Shown piece after piece: positions 53,447-54,915 of a stretch of 54,915 nt of DNA (its first letter is position 1; each line of letters starts with the position of its first letter). A program made the translations under genes and the position numbers. The stretch is from a virus (lineage: Duplodnaviria; Caudoviricetes). The stretch lies in IMG/VR virus record IMGVR_UViG_3300025115_000013, positions 1 through 54,915 of that record. One strand, given 5' to 3'. The notes beneath the pieces are model-generated. The model saw only the letters and a list, made by a program, of their open reading frames with translations. It had not been told where the DNA came from and made no database searches.

Positions 53447-54453
53447 TACCCTTGCTTCTGTCTACTCCTGATCATCTGGAGTATATCCTCGGCCCTGTTT
53501 CCGGTTTTTGCCGCCGGTGCAACTTCTGCTTTTGGAGGATCAGTATCGAACGGAGGATCTTGCTCTACGCTTTCTGCCTTAGGTGCTGCGGGTGCAGCTT
53601 TTGGGGCAGGTGCTGCTGGGGGTGTATCTATAGCGTCTGCTGCTTCGCTGTTTGCTTCCTTAAGACCAAATGGCTTAAAGTATTGGCTCCACTTGTCTGG
53701 GTCGTATGCTTGACCATCAACTGATGCTTCAAACATTTCCTTCATAACCTTTAACTCAACGTCAGTTGGCTTCTTTGGAAGGAACTCGGCAAGATTAAAC
53801 AGACCGTACTTCTCAATTGCTTCTGCTTCTTCTGCTGTAAGTGCAGATTCTTTACGAGCCCACTTAGAAGTACCGTAGTCAGCAAAGCCGCCCTTAGATG
53901 TCTTAGTAATACGGAAATCAAGGCCTGCTGCGTAGTCAGTCGGGAGGTTTTCAAGTTCTGGATCCATTAGTGCAGCCTTAACAAGGTTAAACACAGATGG
54001 GCTAAGAACTAAACGACGGATTGGATTTTCTGGAACTTTTTCTTCATTCAATGGGTTCTCACGAACAAAACCTTGCATTAAGTACGAACGCTTCTTCCAA
54101 TACTTACGGCCCATTTCTTCAAGACTCTTATCTTTGAACCACGGACGAACTTCTGCTAGGATCGGGCAGCTCTCGCCCCACATTTCCATACACGGAACTT
54201 GTACAATAACTGGCTTGCTGTCTGCTTGACCCTTGATGCCAGCAAATGGCAGACGAATCATAGCTTTTTCTACCCAGAAGAACGAATTCTTTGGGTCAGC
54301 ATCTGGGAGGAATCTAATTGATGTTGTTTGGCCTTCTTCGATCGACCAATGTGGGAAAATTTCGCCGTTTCCGAATGATCCCGAATTTGTGTTGTTTTTC
54401 TTATCTTCTTGCTGCTGGAGCTTTGCACGAATTTCTGCTAATGTGAGTGCCAT
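53446..54453 (-). CDS. gp32: single-stranded DNA-binding protein (T4 gp32-like)
   Basis: IRFLP, PC..CP, KYWKKRSY, GLDFRI.K..GFADY..S. Confidence 0.9.
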   Translation of the reverse strand: MALTLAEIRAKLQQQEDKKNNTNSGSFGNGEIFPHWSIEEGQTTSIRFLPDADPKNSFFWVEKAMIRLPFAGIKGQADSKPVIVQVPCMEMWGESCPILAEVRPWFKDKSLEEMGRKYWKKRSYLMQGFVRENPLNEEKVPENPIRRLVLSPSVFNLVKAALMDPELENLPTDYAAGLDFRITKTSKGGFADYGTSKWARKESALTAEEAEAIEKYGLFNLAEFLPKKPTDVELKVMKEMFEASVDGQAYDPDKWSQYFKPFGLKEANSEAADAIDTPPAAPAPKAAPAAPKAESVEQDPPFDTDPPKAEVAPAAKTGNRAEDILQMIRSRQKQG

Positions 54454-54569
54454 AATAAAATTTTCCTTTCATGTTATCTTGAGATGGTCTCTGTTGTTTA
54501 TTCACTGATATAGTAACTGCACTATGTAATTACTATACATGTTTATTTATGCTGGCACAAGAGATACTG

Positions 54570-54915
54570 CTAATTTCTTTTTGCCAATTTTGTAGAAGAT
54601 ATCTTAGCTTTGGTTTCGGCACTTAGAGTTTTTCCCCTGTTACCAGATCCTAATTTTTCTCGTAGCTCTGGAGTATATTCAACTTTTCTATTTTTGGCAG
54701 ATTCCCTCATCTTTGCTTTGGTTTCTTCTGAGAATTTGTATCTGCCAGTCTTTTTTGGCGGCACATAGCTTGGGTCAGCTTTCTCTTTTGCCCTACGGCG
54801 GTGTTGGGCTTGCTTCATCAGCTCTTTGGTTTTCGCTGAGCGAGTGCCAACAAACGAATGGCCGTCGCCGCCATCCGTTCTATTCAAAAGTATTCCTGTA
54901 CCTAAATCTTTGCGG
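54570..54915 (-). CDS. NUMOD3 homing endonuclease, 5' part outside window
   Basis: ILLNRTDGGDG, FSEETKAKM, LSAETKAKIS. Confidence 0.78.
   Translation of the reverse strand, partial: RKDLGTGILLNRTDGGDGHSFVGTRSAKTKELMKQAQHRRRAKEKADPSYVPPKKTGRYKFSEETKAKMRESAKNRKVEYTPELREKLGSGNRGKTLSAETKAKISSTKLAKRN

Noticed and set aside
1-54915. Stop-codon reassignment (alternative genetic code)
   Set aside because: Core genes are full length in code 11 and no CTA/TTA/TCA-anticodon tRNA was found; the lone in-frame TAG near 47468 is explicable by indels

Overview
AT-rich segment of a large (jumbo-type) T4-related dsDNA phage, most plausibly infecting a proteobacterium (sigma70 consensus promoters, IHF-consensus boxes, tmRNA tag ending YALAA). 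Almost everything is on the minus strand. The left part is a replication module: gp41-like helicase, gp61-like primase, a 191-aa DnaE-core fragment, gp62-like clamp-loader subunit, and a UvsW helicase gene split by a naturally split intein with a free-standing endonuclease between the halves. The middle part holds small early genes behind repeated promoters, a candidate restriction-modification pair, hemerythrin, radical SAM, SGNH and glycosyl/methyltransferase genes, and an ADP-ribosyltransferase-like protein. From about 31 to 47.8 kb lies a large RNA island. It contains a circularly permuted tmRNA, about 42 tRNAs covering all 20 amino acids (many structurally atypical), three anticodon-less tRNA-like RNAs, an anticodon-loop mimic, a ~1-kb GOLLD-like RNA with an embedded tRNA, and a run of helix-closed small RNAs. 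Upstream of the island is a candidate ribosome-dependent attenuator whose leaderless 52-aa peptide contains all 20 amino acids. The right end holds UvsY, UvsX, gp32 SSB and homing endonucleases. All calls come from manual motif reading; no searches were run.
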